DNA of 64,000 bases from Flectonema sp. DT1601. Lineage: Eukaryota. Made by a program: the position numbers and the translations under genes. Positions within the stretch are counted from its first letter, which is position 1, and each line of letters begins with the position of its first letter. Positions 33,584-45,597 of the stretch are shown here, in pieces. The notes below the pieces were generated by a model. That model saw nothing but the letters and a program-made list of their open reading frames with translations, did no database searches and was not told where the DNA came from. The stretch lies in the NCBI GenBank assembly GCA_964019425.1, contig OZ025802.1, positions 1-64,000 of the forward strand, given 5' to 3'.

Positions 33584-35876
33584 GGTTTTTTTTTTTGTTT
33601 TTTTGGGGTGGTGTTGCCTGTGGGAAACGTGTGTGAAAATATACATTGTCTGGTATGGGTTGATTCCATAGCTTTTTTTTGCTGGGGCTATCTGTGGGGA
33701 AATGAAATGACAACAAGCATGGGAATGTTCATTTAATATTTGACTCTCACATCACGTCGTTTGAATCAATCGAAGTGTAGTCTTTCTCTTGCTCCTCCAG
33801 TTTCGTTGCTTGTATCAGTTCCATAGTTTGTGTGAACTGCAGGGTCAAGGTGGGTTCAACATAGAGTCATGTACATGCTAGTAATCAGAACACTTGGGTC
33901 TGCTGAACATTTCGCATCCATTCATTCAGTCAGGCACTGCTCCTCTTTGGGAAAAGTCTAGACAAGCATCTATTATTTGCATAGCGATACAGAAAAGGAC
34001 CCCCGCCGAAAGACGTTTTCGGTTAATGAGTTAGAACGGGGAACAAACAGAGAACATGCGAAAGCCGGTCTTAAGAAGAAGAACCATAAAGCTGATATCC
34101 AGCTAACATCAAAAAATGAGAGGAAGAAGTGAGTCTAAAAGAAAAATAAAAAGGATCGATTAGTTCATCTCGAGATAGAGACTATCCAAGAACAACCGCG
34201 TGGAGGTGGATCATAGTTCTCGGGGGTGGGGGGTGGGGGGGGATGGGATGGGAGGGATGGGAGGGATGGGAGGGGAGGAACCAAACAATTCTAGGATCAG
34301 TTTTTTTCAGATTCTGGACTTGCAATGGCCTTTAATAAAAAGAACCGGCACTGCCCACAGACAGTTCCAGGAAGGCAATTAAGGCTTGCACAATCATTAG
34401 CTGCTGCCATCTTTGCAACACATTCTGGGTAAACACCGCAACATCTTACAGACGTATCCAGTACCGCACTTCAATGTTCCGCAATCAGCAGTAGGCTGAC
34501 TCTGAACTATGGAAGCTACCAAGCAGAATATCAACCCTTCCACTTCGTCAGATGTTTTTACCGACATCTGGATTTTAGTCACAGCGCCTGTCAATCGTTC
34601 CTTCTTTTGATTATATTTTTTAGTCTGGTGAAATCTCCCAACACACAACACACTTGCAAAGTAATAACATAAGACTGTATAAAAAATGAAGCTAGTTGGT
34701 GAGAGATCTGAGCAGCCATCTACCAAAAAATGAGCAACTAAGAAAAAGCTGAAAACCATGTTTGTCTATCTCATCCTCTCACAAAAAAACATCTTCTCTG
34801 ACTTTATTAATGAGTTGTAAGGAAACAATGTCACTTCTGAGTGGGCAGTTTTTGAGTATCAAAATTTTGAATCAAATTTTTTTATATTTTCTGCAACCTG
34901 TTATTGACAACTAATATAAAAAAAAGACATCTGAAATATACCAAATCACCAAATTAATAATATCCATTCCCTGTTAAAGAGTTGACAATTAAAACGACTT
35001 GATTACCAAAATAATAATCTTTTTTTTTTTTTTTTTTTTACTTAATCATACATTCAAAGTGAACATAAGAGAAAAGCAAGACTGCCAAACTAAGGAGGAA
35101 AAACCTACATCACACAAATAATAAAAGCTTTGTGAAGAATTTTTGCAAAAGGAGAACGAGACCGCATGACACGGACTCGAATAATCTCATTTAAGTTTTG
35201 CAAATAAGAAAATAAAAAAGATAAAAACAACAAAACTAACACATAAAAACCAAAATAAGTTTGGAATAACATGAGGGTTGTTAGCAACAATTACATAGTT
35301 CAACATTAAATGTTGGGCAAAGTCCAGAGTGGGGAGGTTTTACCGAAATAATACCATCTCCTGTGTCCTTCTAAGTTCTGTGCGAGAACTACAAGAGATC
35401 TTACAGAATTGTCCTTCATGGGAATAGGGGGGACCTCAATATGCTTATCACCTGTAACTTCTGTACTAACAGTCGGTCTTGTATGTTACAGATAGATGCT
35501 TGGTTTTGCTAAAGAACGACGTTCTATAAAACCCATCCATTGAGACACAACAATGACCAAAAACATACTACACATACTTCCATCTCAAAATGTTATCACT
35601 ATTTGTGGGTGTGGACGTTCAAATCCGACACCAGGTTCAGTTCATCCATTGTGAACGAAGTCATAAGATTTGCAGGGGCAGACCAACCTATATACAGGTT
35701 GGCACCAGCGTGATTTATTTCAAAAAAAAGGAACATAGAGCGAAGGAATTCTATTTGTGTTGGCACATCGTTGACATACATAACGATACCAAAACAAATT
35801 ATGATTCCACATATTCAAATGGTTGAAAAGAAAGGATGGAAGAACGGGAATAACAAAAGAGGTTAGAAGAGGCAGA

Positions 35877-38800
35877 TTAGAACATTCTCAAAAGAACTCG
35901 CGGGATCCGAGAAGGTAGCTTAGCAGGTGACACCCATGGGCGATGTCTCAGCATTGCCCCAGAAAGGGGGAATTCCAGTCTTTCCTTCTCAAGGTGCAAC
36001 CGCAGTGTCCCTAACGGAGCAGTGAACTTGTCCAGGGCGTCTTTCGGAAAATGAATACAGTCGGTCTTGTATGTCTGGGGAATAGAGGAATGGCTAACGT
36101 AGTACACAGCAAACCAGGGGATCTTCTTCTTGTTGAGTGCTTTCACCCCAGGTGATGTCTTGAGCTTCCCTTGCCAATTGGGCCAATCAGCCGACTGTGT
36201 ATATTTGATCTGGCACACTTCTGCTGTGAGGACTGACTTTCCATTGATCAGGCGAAAGTGGGGTGTGATGTATTCAATTCCTTTTTCGTTGGAGAGATCG
36301 GAGTAGAGAGTGCTCCCATCGCTGAATTCATCCCAATCACTGTCAGTAAGCCCCGTAAACTTCGAAACATGACTGACTAAGTTTGTAGAATTCTTACTAA
36401 ATTCGATCAGGAACCTATTTTTAGCCGCAAGCAGTTTGCATTTACGATCGGTAGCTTTTGTTGCAGGACTGACAGTTGAGTGCTTGAAGAATTCACCGAT
36501 CTGTGGCTCAATCTGCAGATGATGGTATGCCACCTTTCGAACTATCTCATAGTGCATTAACAGATGCTCGACCCGCTTCTCTTGTCCCGTCATTACCTGA
36601 TCGCTGTCATAGCAGCCTGCAATGTGGTGCGACATGAGAGAACCCAACTGCTTTCTTTTTGACCACTCAGCAAGCATCAGCGGGAAAAATATCTCATTGG
36701 AATCCTTACCCTGAACAGGTTGGAGGAATCCTGCACCACGCATGGTATCCCTCCATTCTTCAGTGGGTTCTTGAACCGCGAACCAAGTAGAAACAATGTC
36801 CATCAGAGAGTGTGACCCTGAATTGTACTTATTATCTTGCACTCTTTAAGAATTGTCGATCGGGCTTTGGCAATATCGCTATCATACACCTCTTGGTCTC
36901 CCTTTACAAGGTAGTCTCTTGAGTTCATGACACCTTCAAACAAAGCCCGTGGATTCCCACCACATTGGTTAATCAGCTTTTGAATCCGTCCATCTTTCTT
37001 TGCAGCACTTCTGATGTCAGCAGGGAGGAGATCGAACGCTTTAGCCTGTGGCAAGTTATGGAGGCGGATGTTTGTCAGGATAGGGCGACCTGAAGCAGTT
37101 TGCACTTTCGAAGCGAAAGATTCAGCTAATGCGGACATGACAAAAATGACAGGACCTCCGTATTCATCGGGATACCTAATGGAAAAATCCTGCTGCTGCA
37201 TAAGACTGCTCACCACTTTGGCAGCTTCTCCCTCAATCATTGCGAGTTCATCAATACCAATGACCAGGGTACCTGGGATTGTTTGCCCAAGCTTTTTCCG
37301 CAGGAGGAACACAGCAGTTTTGAAGCTTCCAATCCTTTGAACATCCTCTTCACGCATTCCGTTGTACCTTAAGATGTGCCTACTGAATGCAATGTCTGTC
37401 TGATGTAAACCTAGTTTCTCGCAATCATTTCCGAATTCGCTAACGCTGCCACCACATTCATTGAAGGAAGACGTGACGGCCCTTGCATTTGGGTCAGCTG
37501 CCTGAACCCACCCTGGCTTCTCATCGAATCCGACCATTGCTCGCATGACCGCTGTTTTGCCTGTACCTTTCACTCCATACGAAGTCAGCAACTTTGATTT
37601 ATTGTCGTGAGTCCAATATTTCTCGTCCTTCCGCACCACCTTCGTAGCGTAGTCAAGGATTATTTCTTTTGCACTTTCGCGACAAATCAACTCTTGTTTA
37701 TAAGGATCGAACTTTAGGTGTTCCCATCTCTTCAAGATCGCATTTCCTTCTTCATTATCACACTCTAACAAATATTCCACTTTGTGACCACCCTGTTTTA
37801 GTGTTGGGAAGGTTAACTAAACGGTAAGTAAAACAGCTTTTCAATAAAACTCATGGTAAAGTAGAAAACAAGTCACAACTTAAGTTACTAGGATGCAGTT
37901 ACTTTGTTATCATGCATGTATATAAAAAAAACATTCCTCATGCTGTTTCTAGTTCGTAACCTGGCTGGGTTTATTGGTGACATTCTTTGAAATATTCGAA
38001 TTATCCATCGTAACCTTTTTATTCCCATTCTTGAAAAATTTATCCTTCCATGAAATACTCGGGTTAACTTGAGCTTTCTTAAAGGGGTCCTTGTTCTTTT
38101 TTGAATCAATCTGATAATGTTTGATCTTTTGAGAGGCGTTAAAGCATGCCTTGTTTCCATTGGTCTTGTGCTCAAAGTCTATGGTTTTTTTCCATGATTT
38201 TGGAGCCATCTTTAATGAAATGCCTTTTCGGCATCTTATTAATGTTGTTAGAGTCATACACCTGACACATAAAACCTAACTCGGATAGATCAAAGGACCA
38301 GTGCCAGCCTGGCTTAGGTTTTTTCGACCACGGAAAATTACTGAAGTTATGAAGAGGCATATCGGTGGCTGACGAATAAGTGACAAAGGGGACAGATCGC
38401 CCCTTGTCCGGTAATCAGTAATTGGGTTAGGTTCACTCGACTGCAAGAGAACAAATCAATCTGAAGGGCTGTCAGTGACCAATACAAAAAAAGGACGGGA
38501 CCCGTTCAGACAGGTTGCCCCGAAGTTGGTGAATGCTTTTTCCGTAATTTTCAGTAGGTGATGGATAGCATGAAGGCAAGGGCGAACAGAAACCTTCGAA
38601 TTAAACGATGGCATCAAAAGTTTTTCGACTACTTTACCCTTCAAAAGAAATACGGAAAGGATACTGAAGAGCTCGTTATCTTTGGTGGTGTTTTCTTTTA
38701 TTCTGTTCACCCTTTGGGTGGTGAAGGTGCGTATTTTTAACGGGCAATGGCGGTTCACTTTGTCCAATCACCTTTCCGATCCCCCCACCCCTCTTCCCCG

Positions 38801-39120
38801 TTGGCTCTTTTTTCAAAAGAAGTCAGAAAAACCGGTTGTTCCCCCCCCGTAATGGGTTAAAGAAAATGTAAAAGTTATACCTCAGAAGCCTTCAACAACT
38901 CGTATAGTTTTTCCTTCTCTTTATCCAGTTGAGTCTGATAGGCGTCGAGACCGCCTTTCTTATCCTCTACCCAAGCTTTAAAAGCTGTTTATTTTTTGTT
39001 GAGAGCTTCCCCCTCAATTTCTGCCAGCTGAATGGCTTCAATCGCTGACAATTTCGCATCGATGACAAGTAATCGTTTGTTGTGTCTCTCGCCACCCTGC
39101 ACATCACTTGGTGTACTCAT
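35877..39120 (-). pseudogene. Two-exon CR/RHS-type NTPase-nuclease gene (exons 39120-38881 and 37792-35877) with nonsense codon and frameshift
   Basis: YGVKGTGKT, IGIDEL, GGNPRAL and a QIK nuclease-like motif; GT-AG intron 38880-37793 joins in phase 0; in-frame TAA at ~38990 and frameshift at ~36840. Confidence 0.72.
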
Positions 39121-39349
39121 GGTTTTTGTTGTTGTTTTCTTCGGGAATTCAAATCTGGGTGGGTAAGAAAATTTTAGGCATCTGTTACTAGCGATACAGA
39201 AAGCAAACCTTTGTCTTAAGAGATACCACAATAAAATGAAACATAATAGAAAAAGTATTAGGAGGAGGGATAGAGTAGAAGAAATATTCATAAACTCCTG
39301 TTAAGAAAGAGAGGAACAACAATTCACCTGTTGACACCACATAATTCGC

Positions 39350-39570
39350 AACACATTCATAAAAAGAACCGGTACTGCTGCATCAACTCACAGACAGTTC
39401 CAGGAAGGCAATTAAGGCTTGCACAATCATTAGCTGGCGGCATCTTTGCAACACATTCATAGAAAGAACCAGTACTGCCCTGCATCAACTTACAGACAGT
39501 TCCAGGAAGGCAATTAAGGCTTGCACAATCTTAAGCTGGTGCCATCTTTGCGACACATTCATAAAAAGAA
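39350..39570. repeat. ~100-bp repeat x2, with a further copy at ~34338-34427
   Basis: CAGACAGTTCCAGGAAGGCAATTAAGGCTTGCACAATC occurs upstream of both header exons. Confidence 0.85.
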
Positions 39571-39779
39571 ATGCCACACACAAAAAACGACGTCCCGGGC
39601 CGGATCACCTGACCTTCTGCTATGTTGTCCTTTTTTTTTTTTTAAAGGTTAGGCTACCGGAAAATAAAACGGGGGTAAAAGAATACACAGCAACAACAAT
39701 ACGTCAGCACTCTAGTTACACACAAGGTGCATCCAGGTAACACCACGAGGAGGCGCGCTGTCCGAGTTTCGTTACCCAA

Positions 39780-40405
39780 GTTCACAGGCATACAAGAAAT
39801 GATCACCAATAGTGGTGACACTACCAAGACCTGAAAATTCAAGAAAAGTGATTTGATTACAGGCGCACATGAAATTATTCCCAATACCGATGACACTATT
39901 AAGACCTGAAAAGTCAAGAGAAGTGATTTGTTTACAGCAAGACAAGAACTCATCACCAACAGTGGTAACTAGTGAGATGTCTGTGTTGTTGCAATTTGAA
40001 TTGAAGAAAGCAACCTGTTTGGCATCTGAAGGAAGCAGGTTACCGTCAACAATGAGGCAACCATCCTCTGTAAATGGGGGTGTCTAGACATAAATTTTCT
40101 GTAATGTGGTCTCTGATCCAAAGAAGCAGCTTTTCCCTTTTTCTAACATCAACAAACCAGCATTTACTGAATATCCTAAACTGCTTCTTCGCCATTTCCA
40201 ACTCGCTGTTTGCAACCACTCCATGATCTGCCAGCCGATCAGTTTCGCGAAGGGCATCACCAGCAAACGAGAGTTCAACTTCCTCCGGATCGACATCCCA
40301 CTCCCCAGCCGCCGCCGTCAACACGTCGCTCACAACCGAATCAGCACCAGTCGTCACTGTCACTGCGGGGAGTCCCCAATCCGGACACGTCACAAAAATT
40401 TGCAT
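39780..40405 (-). pseudogene. Ubiquitin-like domain plus BspA-type leucine-rich repeat protein, frameshifted and truncated
   Basis: MQIFV...ELSFAGDALRETDRLADHGV (Ubl). After a frameshift at ~40075: VTTVGDEFLSCCKQITSLDFSGLNSVIGIGNNFMCACNQITFLEFSGLGSVTTIGDHFL. Confidence 0.7.
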
Positions 40406-43400
40406 TGTTACTTTTTTTTTGAGTTACGGGCTGTCAATATATGACTGCTGTATAAAGAATGTGTGGATGTTGTGTTCCAAACGCCAGACGCGACAACAAC
40501 TATAAATACGATCAGCGGTATCTAAGATTCTAATTTAACTTCAAAAAACCAATCACTCAACCCAACTTGCGTCCCTGGCATCCCAAAGATATAAATGACA
40601 TCTGTTGTGAATGTTTTATAAAATATTTCAAAACTCGACCCACTATTGATAGGGCAGATAATCTTGCGGGCTTGCACCACCTCAAGGGTGTGCGCTATCG
40701 CTCGGTTGACCTGTTTCATCCACTCACCGCTGCTCGTGAAAGCGTTGGTTCCTGTTTCGGTCAACTAACCATCGTTTTCAAAGCATTTTAATCTCATCAA
40801 GCAAACTCATGATTGTCTTACCCGGTTGGGGGACTTGGATAAATAAATCAAGGCCGGGGGAACTTTGATACGATACGAAAAGGGAGAGGGGAACGTGAAA
40901 GTTATGTTTTAGATTTTCTTCTCCTCAATCAGATTCCAAAAGGGGAGGTAAGCACATCATAGTTCGCAATATTTGCAAACTCGTTGATGTTTTTTTCTTT
41001 TTGTTCACATCATTCTCATTCAGGGGAGGATTGTTTAGGTAACTTTCAAATTGAAAGTTTTTATGGAAGAAGAGAAATTTGCAATTCAGAAGAAGCCATA
41101 ATTTCTCCGACAATCTTGACTGTCAGCGGCAGCGTAGTAAATGACTGCAGGCCGTGTAAGGAAGGAACGAAGGAGGGAAACAGCAGACACAACAGACTAA
41201 ATTCAATCATTTTTGTCCACTGCAATTCTCCCCAATTCAGCCTGACATACTGCCCAGCAGGTTTGCACCGAGGCGCAGCAGGTACTTCAGGGCAGTGGAG
41301 GGAAGCTTCGATAACCTGCGGGTTACCAGGTTTAGCTGCGAGTGAAGCGAGCCTGAACGGATATCTCTAGCGGGTTTTCGGTAGAAAATATTGATGCACC
41401 TTTTATTAACATTCATAGAATTTGTCACAAAATTCCTTGTAATGGTTGATATGTGATGCTTTTTAAATTTTCTGGTAATCATCCGATATATTATCCATTC
41501 AAACACTATAAAGGTTGTTACAAATCATGCTGGCTATACATTGAAGTTAAAAGACAGTTTTTATTACAGCTAGTTCGTAGCACACTACTAGCGGCGCACA
41601 CTTTTGTTATAAAAACAAAAAGTATAACGTTTTGAGGATAATTTAAAGTTCATTAATGAGGAAGGTACATTGTGCAATTCAACTTCACTTTGCGAGCGAA
41701 GCGAACCTACGGGTATCTTTGGTGGGTTTGAAAACGGTGTATCGCAGGGCAATGCAACAACTACAATGAATCAGATGATGAACTTGAATCACACTTTTTT
41801 CTCTTTACGGATATTCGGTTTCTCCTAGTCGATCGACAGCCTTCTTGGGTGTCACTTTTTAATCTTCTCCAAACTGCTGCTCCGCATGGGCCATGCTTGC
41901 TAACTGCTTCGTTTATGTTTTTATAGGCTAGGCTTCAGTTTGGGGAAGGAAGTAAACAAATTTGATAGTTCTTGTGAATCCGCTGTTTGTGACCCGAATA
42001 TGATCTGACCTGTTAGAGAAAGTTAAACTTAGCAGCTACACATTATTTATAATATTTTATGAAGTCAGGGAAGGCAAAGTGAGAGTCGCTACTGAAAAAG
42101 GAAGACAGGATTTCTTTTTTTTCCTCTCGTGTTTTTTTAATAAGAAAACTTCAGCTGGTACTGCCACCAACAAGCTTTTGCATTCAACAGCTTTTGCCAA
42201 CACATCAGTTTAGTTTTATGTTATTAAACAGCGAAGTACTCGAGGAAAAAAAGAATGGATTCAGAAGAAGAAAACATCACCTGAGAGAAGACAAGCCTCA
42301 CATCAAGTGGATGGTACAGCAATTAGAATAAAACAAGAGAGAGAAATGCCGAATAACGATAATCTGTCAGACCGGCAGAGAATAAATTAAAGAAAGCGGA
42401 TTTTGTCAGAAAGCTGACGCTGTTATCCAACCAGAGAACTCCTGAACGGGGAGAGTGAGTCAGCCAGTTCTCGGTTGCAGTTGAAATACTTTTTCTGACA
42501 AAAATAAAAAACACAACTTAGATAAACAGATAAAGAAGTCCATTACTGTTGTGCATCGCTGATATGGAGGTTAGTTTCCGTAGAGCTACGAAGCAACAGT
42601 AACGTATGTAGACCCAATCTTGTTATGATTGTTGGAAAAGTTAGCAAATTAATTGGTCAACAGACCACCGAATATCTGTTAGGGAGACGCTCAAATAGAA
42701 CCTGGTAGCTCTTCGAGGGTCCCCAAACTGCGGTAGAAGGTTGAAACTAATCCCGAGAGGATTATATTATTAAAAAATGAAAAGCTTGACTTGGTTGCAC
42801 AGGATGCAAAATTGCAGGTGGCCAGAATAAGTTTTTTTCGTTGTTGATTGTCATAGAAGCTCAGCCTCATAAATCCAAACAGGCTGAGTGTGGGTACTAA
42901 ATATAAGCCGCCGCAACAGGGCAGGAACATGCTCAGCGCAGTATTACTAATGGCGGTTGCTGCTTATCAATAAGCACAATGGGGAATACATGGGCAAATT
43001 CAAATTCAGAACCTTGATTTTTTCTTCATAAATCTTCTTCCCTTCACTGAAGATATCAAAGAGAATATTGAGAGGGGGTTTTTGCTAATAGACAATACCT
43101 TAATACCAAAGTACTCCAGTATTTAATATGGAAGTAATGATGTGAAAATATAAAAAAATAAAATACCAACCTTTTGTGGTGTTAAAATACATTACCACAA
43201 AGATGCTCAATTCAGGACGGAAAACAAAACAGAAAAAGAACATCGAGTTCCGTTGTTTTTCTTCACCATTTGTTCTGAGTTCTCAGTCACAAGTTCTTTC
43301 ATTATAAATTTATGAATTAAAAGAAACATTTTATTAGGCAAGAGAAAGTGTTTTCCTTAAACAATGTAGATAAAATGTGTGGTAATTTTTTACTGCACTT

Positions 43401-44810
43401 TAATGGAGGGGAAAGCAGAATTAAAATTACAATTGCATCACCGAAAGAAATCCATCAGTCAACAGCTGCAGAATCCCGACGAGAAATCGAAAATCGGAAG
43501 CAGTCTCGGCAACTAATAAAACTGTGAACTCATTTATCAGGAACATGCAACGAAAGAGGGGCGGGAAATATCTCTTCTGTGGACAGAACACCCTCAATTC
43601 CGAAAAGACTACAACAACAACGACGACCACCAGATGTAGAAAATACGGAAAATTAGATAAGCGGAGAAAATAAAATCCCAAAACAGCACAGCACTTTGAA
43701 CTACACTCAGGAAAAGAAGCCTCCGCTACACACTCAGTCAGATGGTAAGCTGACTAAAGTGCTTGCAGGAGAATACTTTTTTCACACGTGCATAGACACA
43801 CTGTAAGATCAACGACTTGATCAACCAAAACAACGAATTTGGGAAAAGGAAAACCAGCCCAAGGGAGGGAGGGAAGCTCAATAAATATAATTTATGAACG
43901 AAAAAAGTGCAACAAAAGCACAAAAAGAAAAACAATCAACAGCGAGATTAAAATATCTCGTTCAAAAAGAAAACCGTTACGAACAGCACACTCGATAGGC
44001 GCAAAAGAAATAATTAAAAACATCGAACCTATAACTAGACTTCGCTAAACACTTACTTCACAGATTTGATCAACCGAACTTAATTCAAAAATCTGGATCT
44101 GTCCTTCAAAAGAGACTACGAGATCTGGTGGATAGTAAGTAAATTAGTCGATAATTATACAAAAGAACATAATCGACTAAAAAAATAATTTCTTAAACAA
44201 AACAAGTACGTATGTTTTCTTATTGTACTTTATTTTATTTCAGAGAGGGAAGAAAAGGAAGGGTCACATCCGAGATGAAAGAATAAAAGACGAACAACAC
44301 AAAAATACATTGGTTGAGCCCAGCGAGCATTCACTCACCAACCTTTGGTTGCAAGGAACATTTAGACTTTCCAAGGCAAAAGGGTCAATCAAACAGGAGA
44401 CTTAACACACATAGAAGTAAAACAATTGTCCGTGTAGGAAAACAGAAGTGAGAATCAAAAAAAAAAAAACCAAAAGGAAGACAGCGTACAATCGACAAAA
44501 AACTGGAGCAGGAAATAGACAGATCCAAAAAGGATGACTCGGTTTCTGAAATAGACATCACAAAAAAAATGTAAATTATCAACAAGTCTAACGATAGTAA
44601 CAATTGATTCCCAACACCAAGACAGGACAGATTAGGTATTAAAGATGCATAGAAGTTTATTATAATAAAAAAGAAAAGTTATAAAAACACATTGCTATAG
44701 ATAGATAAGGATTATATGATTCAAAAAAGGAAATAAGAAAAACGAAAACATTAAATAAATTGTTTTCGCGCTGATCCCATAACGCTAGAAAAAAAGTTGT
44801 TTTTAGTCAA

Positions 44811-44849
<39 letters not shown>

Positions 44850-45597
44850 GAACTAAAATAAAACAATCACATCGTCATACTTTTAGTAAATTGCGACAGC
44901 AGGACAGTAATTGAAAGGAAGACAGCTGGACGGCTTCATAATCGGATTGAAATTATAAAAATAAAAAAAAAACCAGTTCAAAAAAAGATCAAATACACAA
45001 CAACAGAAGAGATCATCCAACTGAGTATCACAATACTCCGGGAAGATAGCGACAACACTAACTGGAGATTCTTCTCTGATTAGAGGGCACCCCAATTCAC
45101 GTTGAGAGAAAAGATTACAAGTTCTGTGATATTCTTACCAGTTAAATGTTTACATCGGACACACATGTGAGGGACTCAAGTTGGATGTCATTTTTTCTAA
45201 AAGATTTCTTTGATCGTCGAATTTTGAGAAAAGGAATGTAAAAATAAACGTAAAACACGACACAAATAATTGAGAATTGAAAAAAAAAAAAAAGAAAAAA
45301 AAAAAAAAAAACCAAAAAAACGCCTCGCGAGACAGGGGTCTGCAAGCAAGTAAAGAAAGAGCTCTCTGCTTTAAATATATTCACATCTAAACAAAAAGCA
45401 TAATAATGAAAAAAAAAAAGTTTTTTTTTTTTTTTTTGCACTTTCAGCCAGTCAGCTGAGAGTGAATTTTTTTTTTTTTTTTTTGAAATTCAGAGGAAGA
45501 TATGGGAATTAACTTTGGGATATTCGTTTCCTTTACCCTCAGTCACCCTTGGAAAAAATAAAAAGAAAGAAAGACGTATGCATTTTATTACATTTTA

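Noticed and set aside
41800..45500. Small ORFs in the long gene-free stretch
   Set aside because: Short, low-complexity and poly-A/T driven; more consistent with 3' UTR or intergenic DNA.
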